Shown in pieces: positions 1 to 10,000 of a DNA stretch of 64,000 bases (the first letter of the stretch is position 1; each line of letters starts with the position of its first letter). This stretch comes from Polyangiales bacterium (GTDB lineage: Bacteria; Myxococcota_A; Polyangia; Polyangiales; Houyiibacteriaceae), in assembly GCA_045106895.1 (NCBI GenBank), contig JBGCFM010000074.1, positions 16,259 through 80,258 on the forward strand, read 5' to 3'. The notes below the pieces were generated by a model that worked only from the letters and a program-made list of their open reading frames with translations, searched no databases and had not been told where the DNA came from. The position numbers were made by a program, and so were the translations under genes.

Positions 1-332
1 TCGCCTTCATGAATGAGCTCCGCAAAGACCGTGTAACGCCGGTCAAGAGCGTCCGTTTCCGTGGCGATACGTAGCCTTGTTCCTTCCTCGAAAAGAACCG
101 GCGTGAGCACTTGTCCGTCTTGGTGTTGGCGGCGCCCGTCCGGCCAGAACGTGACATGGAGCATGGTGTCCATCGGTACGACAAGATCCGCATCGACATC
201 AAAGATGAGCTCTGTCATCGGCCCAGGGACGGCCTCGTTGGCGGGGACGCATCCCAAAGCCCACGCACTTAGCGCGACTAAGAGCGCGCAGCGGGGAAGG
301 CGACGACGCGGCTGCGGCCCTTCGAGGATCAC
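1..332 (-). CDS. Putative lipoprotein, N-terminal part (runs off window edge)
   Basis: Manual translation from GTG 332: MILEGPQPRRRLPRCALLVALSAWALGC-VPANE..., basic + hydrophobic + lipobox (ALGC); frame open to position 1. Confidence 0.55.
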   Translation of the reverse strand, partial: MILEGPQPRRRLPRCALLVALSAWALGCVPANEAVPGPMTELIFDVDADLVVPMDTMLHVTFWPDGRRQHQDGQVLTPVLFEEGTRLRIATETDALDRRYTVFAELIHEG

Positions 333-429
333 TCGCCAATAGTGTGCGCATCCGCGCTTCTGGGCAAGTATCGCAATGCGCGCAGACTGTCTTACGTCCG
401 CTCTGCTTCGGCCATGTAGACTGATAGGT

Positions 430-2058
430 ATGCGGATTCGGTCATTGTTCTCCATCCTTGGCGTATTGCTCATTGGCGCTTGCGATGGGCGCATCGGCGA
501 CACCGTGGATCTCCCCCCGGGCGTTGAGTTGGAACCCCCAGAGGAAATTGAACCGGAGGCCCCGGTCGGCCCAGGACGCTCCAAGCTTCGGCGACTCAAC
601 GCCCGCGAGTACCGAAACACCATTGAGGACTTCTTCGGTCGGGAGTTGCCAGCCGACCTCGAGCTTCCGGACGACACTGTCAATCTGAACGGCTCCGGCT
701 TTGACACGGACGGCTCGATTCTGTCGCTCTCGGGCGCGGCGGAAGGTTACTACAACACCGCCGCGAACTTTGGCACTCAGATGCGCGAGGGCGGCGGCCT
801 CTCCCCCTTCGCCCATTGTGCAGAGTTGCCGGTCAGCGAAATCTGGTCGTGCTTCGAACCGGAGCTTGGTTGGTGGCTCGGCTGGCTTCATCGCCGACCG
901 GTAAGCGAAGAGACCATCGCGCGCTTGGTCACGCTTGGGCAGTCGCTTGACGACAGCTACGGAGCGGCGATCGAAACGCTCGTTACCTACGCTCTCACGT
1001 CTCCCAACTTCTTGTTTCACTACGTACGCGATTCCACGGACGACGCCGTGGACCCCTACGAGCTTGCAGACCGCTTGTCGTACTTTGTGTGGTCCTCGGG
1101 GCCCGATGACGTTCTTCTGGCAGCAGCCGCCGACTCTTCGCTTCTTACGCCCGAGGTGCTCGAAGCGCAGACACGCCGCCTGTTGGAGGACGAGCGCGCG
1201 TCGCGCATGTACCAGGACTTTTCCCGAATGTGGGTTCAGCTCGACAGCCTGCTTCGACGAGGAAGCAACGATGCAGAAGACGTGCTTTACCGTGATATTC
1301 GACAGGAGACGCTGCTCTTCGTTGAGACGGTCTTTGTGGAAGAGACGCTCGACACGCTCTTCAGCGCCGATTGGACTTTCCTAAACCAGCGCCTGGCAGA
1401 CCATTACGGAGTCGACGCAGCTGACTTTGGCGAAGAGTTTGAGCGCACACCCGCTCTTCCGCAGCGACGTGGTCTCATGACACACGCATCTGTGCTCTTC
1501 GCACATTCGCCATCCGGCGTAAGCGACCCGATTCGACGTGGGTTTTGGACCGCCGGACGCCTCGTCTGTAACCCGCCGCCTCGGGGTTCGATCCCAAATG
1601 TCGCTCCACTTCGCAACACCGATGGTGGCGAGACGGTACGAGAAATCCTAGCCGATCACCGACGTATCCCAGCCTGCGCGTCCTGCCATGAGTACACGGA
1701 TCCGTATGGACTTGCCCTCGAAGTCTTCGACCACATCGGACGACTACGCACCACCTACGCGAACGGTCGCGACGTGGACCCGTCCGGCGTGCTGCCCAGC
1801 GGGGAGACTTTCGCTGACGCAAACGAACTAGGAGAGGTCATCGTTTCTCGCGGAGACCTGCCGCGCTGCATCAACCAGTACCTAACGGGCTACGCCATCG
1901 GTCGCGACCTCACCGATGCAGACAAGGAGAATGCCGCATCGGACCTGGCCCGCTTCAGCGACGAGCGCGGGCTCACCAGCAACGAGGTCACGTTTAGAGA
2001 TCTGGTGGTGCGAATCGTGCTTTCCCGACAGTTCGCTCAGGCAGGAGAGATGCAATGA
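430..2058 (+). CDS. DUF1592/DUF1588/DUF1587/DUF1585 (PSD-domain) lipoprotein with one CxxCH
   Basis: LRRLNAREYRNTI, PYELADRLSYFVWSSGPD, RRGLMTHAS..SDPIRRG, CASCH; lipobox LIGAC; ATG 430 chosen because of upstream TAGACT-N7. Confidence 0.9.
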   Translation: MRIRSLFSILGVLLIGACDGRIGDTVDLPPGVELEPPEEIEPEAPVGPGRSKLRRLNAREYRNTIEDFFGRELPADLELPDDTVNLNGSGFDTDGSILSLSGAAEGYYNTAANFGTQMREGGGLSPFAHCAELPVSEIWSCFEPELGWWLGWLHRRPVSEETIARLVTLGQSLDDSYGAAIETLVTYALTSPNFLFHYVRDSTDDAVDPYELADRLSYFVWSSGPDDVLLAAAADSSLLTPEVLEAQTRRLLEDERASRMYQDFSRMWVQLDSLLRRGSNDAEDVLYRDIRQETLLFVETVFVEETLDTLFSADWTFLNQRLADHYGVDAADFGEEFERTPALPQRRGLMTHASVLFAHSPSGVSDPIRRGFWTAGRLVCNPPPRGSIPNVAPLRNTDGGETVREILADHRRIPACASCHEYTDPYGLALEVFDHIGRLRTTYANGRDVDPSGVLPSGETFADANELGEVIVSRGDLPRCINQYLTGYAIGRDLTDADKENAASDLARFSDERGLTSNEVTFRDLVVRIVLSRQFAQAGEMQ

Positions 2059-3404
2059 CTCGAAACAACCTCAGACGCCGACAGTTCCTTCGGGGCGCAG
2101 GCGCGACACTCGCCCTGCCGACGCTCGTGAGTCTACTGCCGAAGCACGCGCGGGCTCAGGTCATGCCCAAGCGCTACCTGCAAATCTACCACCCGAACGG
2201 GACGACGCAGAGGCTGGGTGTGGCGACTCCTCCACCGGAGCTGATCTCTCGGCTGAGCGAGTTCCGTTCCAAGATGAGCGTTGTCTACAACATGGACAAC
2301 AACCAGATTCGCTGGGGCATGCATCCCTACTCGAACCATCACCACATGAACTGCCGCATCGTCTTGTACAGTGGCGACATCTTCGCGGGAACCGGCGGCG
2401 AGACCATCACCATCGATCAGGTCATCGCGAACCAGATCGGCAACGAGACGCCACATCGGTCCATCGCGATCAACCTCTTTCCAAAGTTCGAGTCCCACGA
2501 AGGAGTGCCACCTTCGCACTTCACGAGTCTTGGCTGGCGAGGACCGAGCCAACCCGTCGTTCCTTACGCAGAACCACGAAGACTCTTCAACACTCTGTTT
2601 CCAGACGGCGGCGCGCCGCCAACGGGCGGTCCTTCCCTTGCGCGCCGCCGACGTGGTCTCGTCCTCGACGCCCTGGTGGAAGAGATTGGAACAGCCAGAC
2701 GCCGCGTCAGCGCCGACGACCGACTTCGGCTGGACGAATACCTGACCGGAATCGAAGAACTCGACCGGCGAACTGCACTTCTTGAAGAAGAGCCACGCCT
2801 ACCGGCCTGTGATGCTTCCGAGCCCGTTGGAATGGATGCGACGGAACGCAACTACCCCGAATACTTGGCCGTCATGCAGGAACTCTCTATTCGTGCGTTT
2901 CAGTGCGACGCTACGCGCGTCATCAACTTCTGCCATGCGTCCGTGGCCGGCGGGGGACGTGGTTTCAACCACTCCTTCCTCAACGGATTCGAGGGGTCCA
3001 GCGACAGCTGGCATGCACTTTCCCATTGGGCGACACCTTATGGAAATCTCTCGCAGGATTCGGAGCTCAACCTTCGCGACTTCACGCGAATCAACCAGTG
3101 GCACTACGACCGTGTCGCGGATTTTCTTCGCCGACTCGAAGAGACGCCTTCCGCGGAGGGCGGCAACCTTCTCGACGACACCCTCGTTGCCTGGGGCAGT
3201 TCCATGAGCCAGGGAACGGACCACAGTTCCCAAAACCTGTACCAGGTTCTCATCGGCGGCGGCGACCGGTTTAGACATGGTTCCGACATCGACGTGTCTG
3301 GGGGACACACCGCAAATATGCACACCACCATGATGCGTGCTTTTGGCGCAGGCGGTTCTTTTGGTCAGGCGAACGGCGACATCGACTCTGAGCTATTGGC
3401 TTAA
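2055..3404 (+). CDS. DUF1552 family protein, Tat-exported
   Basis: LRRRQFLRGAGATLALPTL Tat signal, TIDQVIA, DRLRLDEYL, AFQCDATRV, EGGNLLDDT; ATGA overlap with DUF1592 partner. Confidence 0.9.
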   Translation: MTRNNLRRRQFLRGAGATLALPTLVSLLPKHARAQVMPKRYLQIYHPNGTTQRLGVATPPPELISRLSEFRSKMSVVYNMDNNQIRWGMHPYSNHHHMNCRIVLYSGDIFAGTGGETITIDQVIANQIGNETPHRSIAINLFPKFESHEGVPPSHFTSLGWRGPSQPVVPYAEPRRLFNTLFPDGGAPPTGGPSLARRRRGLVLDALVEEIGTARRRVSADDRLRLDEYLTGIEELDRRTALLEEEPRLPACDASEPVGMDATERNYPEYLAVMQELSIRAFQCDATRVINFCHASVAGGGRGFNHSFLNGFEGSSDSWHALSHWATPYGNLSQDSELNLRDFTRINQWHYDRVADFLRRLEETPSAEGGNLLDDTLVAWGSSMSQGTDHSSQNLYQVLIGGGDRFRHGSDIDVSGGHTANMHTTMMRAFGAGGSFGQANGDIDSELLA

Positions 3405-3411
3405 GCGCCCC

Positions 3412-3451
3412 AAGAAAAACCCACGCGCCTTTCAGCCCGTGGGTCTTTTTG
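3412..3451. terminator. Bidirectional intrinsic terminator
   Basis: AAGAAAAACCCACG-loop-CGTGGGTCTTTTT between convergent genes. Confidence 0.75.
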
Positions 3452-3496
3452 CGTGTCCGAAGCGCGTAACGTACGCCCTTCTCTTGATGCCGAACG

Positions 3497-3634
3497 CTAC
3501 TTCTTGCCCTTGGCGGCGTCAGCACCCTTCGATTGAGACGCTTGTTTCTTCGCTGCCTTGTCCGTCGAAGATTTGTTCTTCGCGTCTTTCTGGCCAGCGT
3601 TCTTGGACTTGGATTTCGGTGATTTGTCGCCCAT
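3497..3634 (-). CDS. Small Lys/Ala/Ser-rich basic protein (45 aa)
   Basis: MGDKSPKSKSKNAGQKDAK...; strong AAGGAG SD 10 nt upstream; followed by terminator. Confidence 0.7.
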   Translation of the reverse strand: MGDKSPKSKSKNAGQKDAKNKSSTDKAAKKQASQSKGADAAKGKK

Positions 3635-3754
3635 TGTTTCGATGCTCCTTCGGCGGCGAGGATGCCCCCGGCGGACGAGGATCTCACGGCTTGAGCAACA
3701 ACACCATGCCGTCGCCGAATTCACCTCCGGGTCGGGGGTGAGTTCCCAAAGAGA

Positions 3755-4286
3755 CTAAGGAACGAGCTGCATGCATCGAAACCCGATGCGCGGGTGGGTG
3801 CTGGGGTGGTTCGCTCACATTAAAAGCATAGCGCCCGGCCCGGGCTCCCGACGTGCTGGACCCGCGATGTACATGCCGCGAAGTGGACTGGAGTTGGCGA
3901 AGAGGAAAATGCCATCGCCATGAAGTTGGGGAACATCGACGAGGAGTGCCGCTTGCCAAGCGGGAGCGTCATCGGGGGCCGGAAGTCCGACGACCGGCAG
4001 CCAGCGCGCGACATCGAAGGCAAAAATTATCGCCTCCGCCCCCAAACAGCTCTGCAAGGGGAATATCGTTGATGTGCGGATTCTCGGAAGACACCAACGC
4101 GCTCGTGACCCCGGTGCATGTTCCAGCGCGGCTCTCGCATTGATCCGAGGTCCACTCCCAGACATTGCCTACAAGATCCTGAACGCCGTAGCGAGAAACG
4201 CATCGCGCAGACGCAATGCCTCCGCTCCGGAGAGTGCGAACGCCCGAAGAGTCCGACAACCCAGGTGAGACGCGAAATTCTGTCAT
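3755..4286 (-). pseudogene. Formylglycine-generating-enzyme (SUMF1/FGE-sulfatase) domain fragment, ~3 frameshifts
   Basis: CVSRYGVQDLVGNVWEW in frame 1, SGARAGRYAF in another frame, terminal PRIGFRC in a third; N-terminus missing. Confidence 0.75.
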
Positions 4287-4323
4287 TTATATCACCTGAT
4301 ATACGAACAAAAACCGCAAAATG

Positions 4324-5700
4324 TTAGTCCGTGGCGATATCAAAGATCAGACGAAACGATCGCGCGTTCGGATCTTCGGGGTGATCCTCGTCTTCGTCGG
4401 GCAATCGATGGGAGAGGTTGGTCACGGCCACGACGACGAACTCCGTGTCGGGCGAGAGTTCAACGGGAAGATAACTCCGACCATCCGCACGACGCGGCGG
4501 CGCTGAGAGGCGCCCCTGCTCGTTCCCCTCGCCATTGAGACGCGTCGCGCTGAGGGCCCATTCGACGCCATATTCCCCGCGCAACCAAACCCGCAGTCGC
4601 GCCTGTGGGGGAGCGCCACGGACATCCACGCGTGCGTAGGCGCTGCCATAAGGGTTGACCTCGATGCCGCCGGGCGAGTGAAAAGGGAGCGAGGAGATCT
4701 CCGCGACAATGGCGTCATCGATGCGCACATCCTCCGGGGCGGCAAGGCCGGAGAGAAGAGACGGGTCGTGTCCATGACCGATGAAATAGCGGTCCCACGC
4801 GGCTTTCTCCGCGACGGTGGACATCAACTCGCCGGCGGCGTCGAGGATGACTGAAAATGCCTGCCATAGGTCCGGTGAGCCGCGGAGGCCTTCGCCGTCC
4901 CAGGTTCGCTGCCGTGCAACCTCGAGCCAATCGCGAACGAAGGCGCCCTGCCCTGCACCATGGCGCTCGGAGAGAATCGCAAGGAGCACGCCCCCACCTG
5001 CGCCATCGTCGGCATCGAACCAAGCCCGCTCCGGAAACTCCTGAAGCTCCGACATGGCGGACGCGCAGCCAAAACGCCCGGTCCATCGCCACGTGAGCCA
5101 GGACGCAAAGGCATTGTGCCACCGAGGACCTTCCTCGGGAAGGAGCGAGAGCATCGACGCCCGCGCGTACGCTTCGACGGCGCAAGTGCGTATATCTTCG
5201 CCAGCGGTGACCGGATCGAGGGTCGCGAAGGCCGTGGCGCGGTCGAAGAACGACCACTCGCTCATTCCATCGGTCTGAGCGGAGCGAATGTCGGGTGTCG
5301 CCTGGAGGTAAAGGTCAAAGCCATCGGAACCGCCGCGGCCGCCATCGTTCAGGGGCTCGTAGAAGCCGCCGGCGCGGAGGTAACGCGCAAACGCCTCTAG
5401 CTCAGGCAGGAGATCCTGCGCCACGGCCGCAAACTCATCGCCGCCATGAACATTGATTTCCCCGTCCAACGAACAAGCCAGTGGAGCTTCCGGCGGCCGG
5501 CTCGCGCCCTCGGGCTTTTCAACGCGCGGCCCAAACCAGCCGCGCCGAGTCATGTCGGCGATCGCGTTTCCCATCTCCTCGGCACCGGGAAAAGTCCCCT
5601 GAGCCAGGGCTCTCGCCGGGATAAACTGGGCACCAAAGACAACGCTCAGGACAACGACCAGGCCTGAGACGGGGAGTAGACGCACGCCTTGGCTTAGCAT
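4324..5700 (-). CDS. Secreted protein resembling MXAN_6640-type metalloprotease family, HExxH absent
   Basis: Signal peptide ending ALAQ; PLNDGGRGGSDGFDLYL motif; no HExxH in translation. Confidence 0.55.
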   Translation of the reverse strand: MLSQGVRLLPVSGLVVVLSVVFGAQFIPARALAQGTFPGAEEMGNAIADMTRRGWFGPRVEKPEGASRPPEAPLACSLDGEINVHGGDEFAAVAQDLLPELEAFARYLRAGGFYEPLNDGGRGGSDGFDLYLQATPDIRSAQTDGMSEWSFFDRATAFATLDPVTAGEDIRTCAVEAYARASMLSLLPEEGPRWHNAFASWLTWRWTGRFGCASAMSELQEFPERAWFDADDGAGGGVLLAILSERHGAGQGAFVRDWLEVARQRTWDGEGLRGSPDLWQAFSVILDAAGELMSTVAEKAAWDRYFIGHGHDPSLLSGLAAPEDVRIDDAIVAEISSLPFHSPGGIEVNPYGSAYARVDVRGAPPQARLRVWLRGEYGVEWALSATRLNGEGNEQGRLSAPPRRADGRSYLPVELSPDTEFVVVAVTNLSHRLPDEDEDHPEDPNARSFRLIFDIATD

Positions 5701-5819
5701 TTTCGCTGAAACGCGGGAATACCTGCCGTGAAGCCCTGCATCAAAATGCAGGGGATTTGACACTTTTAGGCGAGAAGCCTCTACTATGGGGCGCATGTTG
5801 TGCAGGACACGGAGTTAGC

Positions 5820-6362
5820 GTGGAAAGTTCCCAGTTTGACCCAAGTGGGTTCTACGAATTCGATGCAGCGAGCGGAGCCATCAAGGCCCGCGGCGGACAG
5901 CGCGTGCTGGTGCTCTCCGATGCGCTGCTCGCGCCCTTGGTGGCTGCGGCGGCCTCGAGTGGAGATCTGACCCCCCTCCGCACCCTCGGTAACGGTCTCG
6001 GCGAGCACGCGAAAGAGTCCTTGGGCGGAGATGCCGCGGGCGGAACGCCGGAGGCTGTCTTCAGCGCCGCAAGCGCTGTGATGAGCGTCTTCGGTTGGGG
6101 ACGCCTCGAAGTGGAGCGCTGGGGAGACGCCCTTGCCCTTCGCGTCGAGAGCCTTCCGGCCCTCGACGAACGACGATTGGCGGCGGCTGCGCTTCTTGGA
6201 GGACTCCTCTCAAGCTTGTCCGGCGAAGAAGCGGCGTGCGTTCCCGTCGGCGAACAGTTCCTTGTCGTGCATCCAGAGGCAGCGGACTCGGTGTGGAAGC
6301 TCGCGCGGTCCGGTGGAAGCGTGGCGTCGATCGCAGCGTCACTGCAAGGAGGCTCACGATGA
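5820..6362 (+). CDS. Hypothetical protein, V4R/XylR_N-like small-ligand-binding fold
   Basis: GQRVLVLS..., LRTLGNGLG, FGWGRLEV pattern; GGAG SD before GTG 5820. Confidence 0.55.
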   Translation: MESSQFDPSGFYEFDAASGAIKARGGQRVLVLSDALLAPLVAAAASSGDLTPLRTLGNGLGEHAKESLGGDAAGGTPEAVFSAASAVMSVFGWGRLEVERWGDALALRVESLPALDERRLAAAALLGGLLSSLSGEEAACVPVGEQFLVVHPEAADSVWKLARSGGSVASIAASLQGGSR

Positions 6363-6892
6363 GCAAAGAACGACTCGAGTCACTTCTGCGTCAGGTTCAG
6401 GAGCGCCGCGACGAGCCTCGTGTTCGGAGAGCTCCTGCGGCCCAAGCCCCCGCGGCTGCCGCCGCTGCGGCGCCCGCGCCCGCGCCTCCCCAGCGCGCAT
6501 CCCGGCAACGATCGGCCACGCCGCTCGAACAAGCGGTCAGCCGCGCCTCAGGCTTCGCACCCACGGCGACGAGCCCAACACTTCCGCGAAAGAAGTCGGA
6601 ACCATCGTTCGACTCACCGGCGGCGCAGTACGCACGGCAGAACGCCAAGGCCAAGTCCGTAGCGCCCGCGCCAAAACCAAAGTCCATCACGCCGGCGCCG
6701 AAGAAGCCGTCCTTCTCTGCGCTGAAGCCCGCCTCGGTGAAGCCCGCTCCGATCGCGGCGCCCAAAGCCGAGCCCATCGCTGTCGCCGCCGCCGTGGTGC
6801 CAAGCGCTCCTATTACGGAGACCCGCGGCGAGAAGCCAGCGGCCAAGACCTTCGGTGCGCTCATTCTGAGAGCGCTTGAACTGCGACCCTAA
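6359..6892 (+). CDS. Pro/Ala-rich hypothetical protein with conserved-looking termini
   Basis: AGGAGG SD, ATGA overlap with upstream gene; MSKERLESLL...TFGALILRALELRP. Confidence 0.7.
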   Translation: MSKERLESLLRQVQERRDEPRVRRAPAAQAPAAAAAAAPAPAPPQRASRQRSATPLEQAVSRASGFAPTATSPTLPRKKSEPSFDSPAAQYARQNAKAKSVAPAPKPKSITPAPKKPSFSALKPASVKPAPIAAPKAEPIAVAAAVVPSAPITETRGEKPAAKTFGALILRALELRP

Positions 6893-6915
6893 GACTAAGA
6901 CCGTTCTACGTCCCT

Positions 6916-6959
6916 AAACAAAAAGCCTCACCTGAAGACTCAGGTGGGGCTTTTGTTTT
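6916..6959. terminator. Bidirectional intrinsic terminator
   Basis: AAACAAAAAGCCTCACCTGA-AGAC-TCAGGTGGGGCTTTTGTTTT between convergent genes. Confidence 0.85.
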
Positions 6960-7035
6960 GGTCAGCCGCTTAGGGCTCGTCTAGGAATACGAAGGAGGGA
7001 AGGTGAACGCGGCCAAAGCCGCGTTCATCCAGCCA

Positions 7036-10000
7036 TCAGCGACGTCGCCGGCGCAGCGTAACGGCAACGCCCATCGTCATCACCAAGAGCCACGGCAGCT
7101 CATTTCCGCCGCTCGTGTTGCTGATGCTGCAAGGAGCACCACCGGCCAGCCCGCCCGACATGGAGATCGGCTCACAAACACCGGTCTCACCACACATGAA
7201 GCCGTCGTCGCATGCATCATCGTTCATGCATTCCACGGTGCTCACACAGTCCGAAGGCATGCCCGAGCATTCGAAGCCGACCTCGATGGTGCACCCAGGG
7301 CTACAGCCGTCACCGGCTGTCATGTTGCCGTCGTCGCACCCCTCAGTGCCCATAACGACGCCATCTCCGCAGCTTTGTGTGCAAACGGATGGGGAGTCGT
7401 CGGTACACATCCAGCCGCTCTCCAGCATGCAGGTCACGGAGCAGCCGTCGCCATCGGTGAGGTTGCCATCATCGCAAGCTTCGCCGGCCTGAACTTCGCC
7501 GTTGCCGCAGACAGCGGCGCAGGTCGAAGGGTCGTCGGTGCATGTGAAGCCTGGTTCGATCATGCAACCCGCGGTGCAACCGTCGCCGTTGATGAGGTTG
7601 CCGTCGTCGCACGCTTCCATTCCGACGATCGCGCCGTCTCCGCACACCGCGAAGCAAGCAGACATCGGCATATTGTCTAGGCACTCGAAGCCATCTTCGC
7701 CTTGGCAAGTGGAGTCGCAGCCGTCGCCGTTGAAGCGGTTGGCATCGTCGCACTGCTCTGCAGGCATGATGGTGAGCCCATCGCCGCAAACGGTTGTGCA
7801 CACGGAGGCCATGCCCTCACCCGAGCCGTAGCTACATGCGTAGCCGGACTCCTGCATGCAGAGCTCGGAGCAGCCGTCGCCGGACTCGGTATTTCCATCG
7901 TCGCAAGTTTCAACACCTGGGACCTGGAAGCTGTCGCCACAAACCGCGGCGCAAGAGGAGAGCGCGCCGTCGCAGATATAGCCTTCCTCGATGGCGCAGG
8001 TGTCGGAGCAGCCGTCGTTCGCCACAAGGTTGCCGTCGTCGCATTGCTCGCCGCCCACGATGGTGCCGTCACCACACGTTGGGCCACAGGTGCTCGGTGC
8101 GCCGTCGCAGGCGAACCCTGACTCGATTTCGCAAGTGTCGTCGCAGCCGTCGCCGGGGAACTGCCCGCCGTCGTCGCATTCCTCGCCCGCGTCGAGCATT
8201 CCGTTGCCGCAGAGGTCGACACAAACAGAGGCCTCGCCGGTGCAAGCCCAGCCGGTCTCTTCCATGCACATGGCGTCGCAGCCGTCAGCCGACTCAAGGT
8301 TGGAGTCGTCGCACTGCTCGGCGCCGCGGACAAGTCCATCACCACACGTTGGGTCACAGGTCGACGGGTCTTCCGTGCCGGTGCCCGCGGAACACATCCA
8401 GCCGGCTTCGAGAACACAGAAGGCATCACAGCCATCGCGGGGTGTGAGGTTGCCGTCGTCGCAGGTCTCGGCTCCTGTCTGGAGACCGTCGCCACACTCC
8501 GGCAGACAGAACGAAGGCACGCTCGTGCAGCCGAAGCCAGGCTCGATCTCGCATGTCGCGCTGCAGCCGTCGCCATCTTCGGCGTTTGTGTCGTCGCAGG
8601 TTTCCGCGCCGCTCAACAGACCGTCACCACAAACCGTCGCGCACGTGGACGGCTCACCGCCACACATATATCCGGGCTCGGTGACACACACGTTGTCACA
8701 GCCGTCGCCGGCGTCCGTGTTTCCGTCGTCGCAAAGCTCGCCCACGTCGAGCATTCCGTTGCCGCAGTTGAGGGCGCAGGTCGAAGGAATCTCGTCGCAG
8801 GTGTACCCGGTCTCGGTTTGGCAAACGTCATTGCAGCCATCACCGCTCATCATGTTGCCATCGTCGCAGTCTTCGCCGCCGGTGATGAGACCGTCTCCGC
8901 AGAGCGGGTCGCAAACCGAAGGCCGCCCGGTGCACCCGTAGCCGGATTCGACGACGCACATGTCCGTGCAGCCATCGCCGCTCGCGAGGTTCCCGTCGTC
9001 ACATGCTTCTTGGCCTGGGACAGCGTAGCCGTCACCACACACCGCGGCGCAGGCGCTCGGCTCATCCATGCAGTTCCACCCGAACTCTGGGTTGCAGCTA
9101 GCGCTGCATCCATCGAGAGGAAGTCGGTTGCCGTCATCGCACATTTCGTCGCCGGCGATGACTCCATCTCCGCAGTCCGTCGAACAGAGGGACGGCGTGA
9201 TGGCGCTAGTGCCCATGGTGCAGACGAAGCCGCGCTCTGGAGTGCAGCTGTCGTCGCAGCCGTCCCCGGTGGCGGTGTTGCCGTCGTCGCACATCTCGTT
9301 GATGGTCTGGATGCCGTCGCCGCAGACTTCGTCACAGACGGCCGGCATTCCGTTGCAGACGTAGCCCGGCTCGATGGTGCACATCGCGCTGCAGCCATCG
9401 TTGTCCATCGTGCCACCGTCGTCGCACGCTTCGGAACCCGCGAGGGTGCCGTCTCCGCACACAGCCTCACAGACCGAAGGCATGCCGGTGCACATGAAAC
9501 CACCTTCGGGCTGGCAGATCGCGCTACAGCCATCGCCGGAGATCGTGTTTCCGTCGTCGCACATCTCCGCGCCCACTTGCATGCCGTCGCCGCAAGTTGG
9601 CTCACACATGGCGGCGGCGTCACAGAACCCGCCGGTGCACGCCACGCCAGGAGCTTCGACGGGGTTCGAGCAGATGCCAGCGGCGCAGACGTCCTGGGTG
9701 CACTCGTTGCCGTCGGCGCAATCGCTCGCGCCCAGACAAGCCACACACATGCTTGAGGCCGTGTCGCACAAAGGCGTTGAACCGGAGCACTGCGCGTCTG
9801 CGACACACTCAACACACATTGGCGGCGCCGATCCGTCGCAGACGCCGCCCGCGCAGGCCGTACCCACGGCGTCGGCGGTGTTCACGCACGCGTTCGCGGC
9901 GCAGGTGTCTTCGGTGCACTCGTTGCTGTCGTCGCAGTCCGATGCGCCGAGACATTCGACGCACGTATTCGTCGCCACATCACACAACGGGCTCGCGCCG

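Noticed and set aside
7200..9600. Regularly spaced GCCGTCGTCGCA-type repeats resembling an array
   Set aside because: They are codons of the CDDG protein repeats in one long ORF, with synonymous variation; not CRISPR or a DNA repeat element
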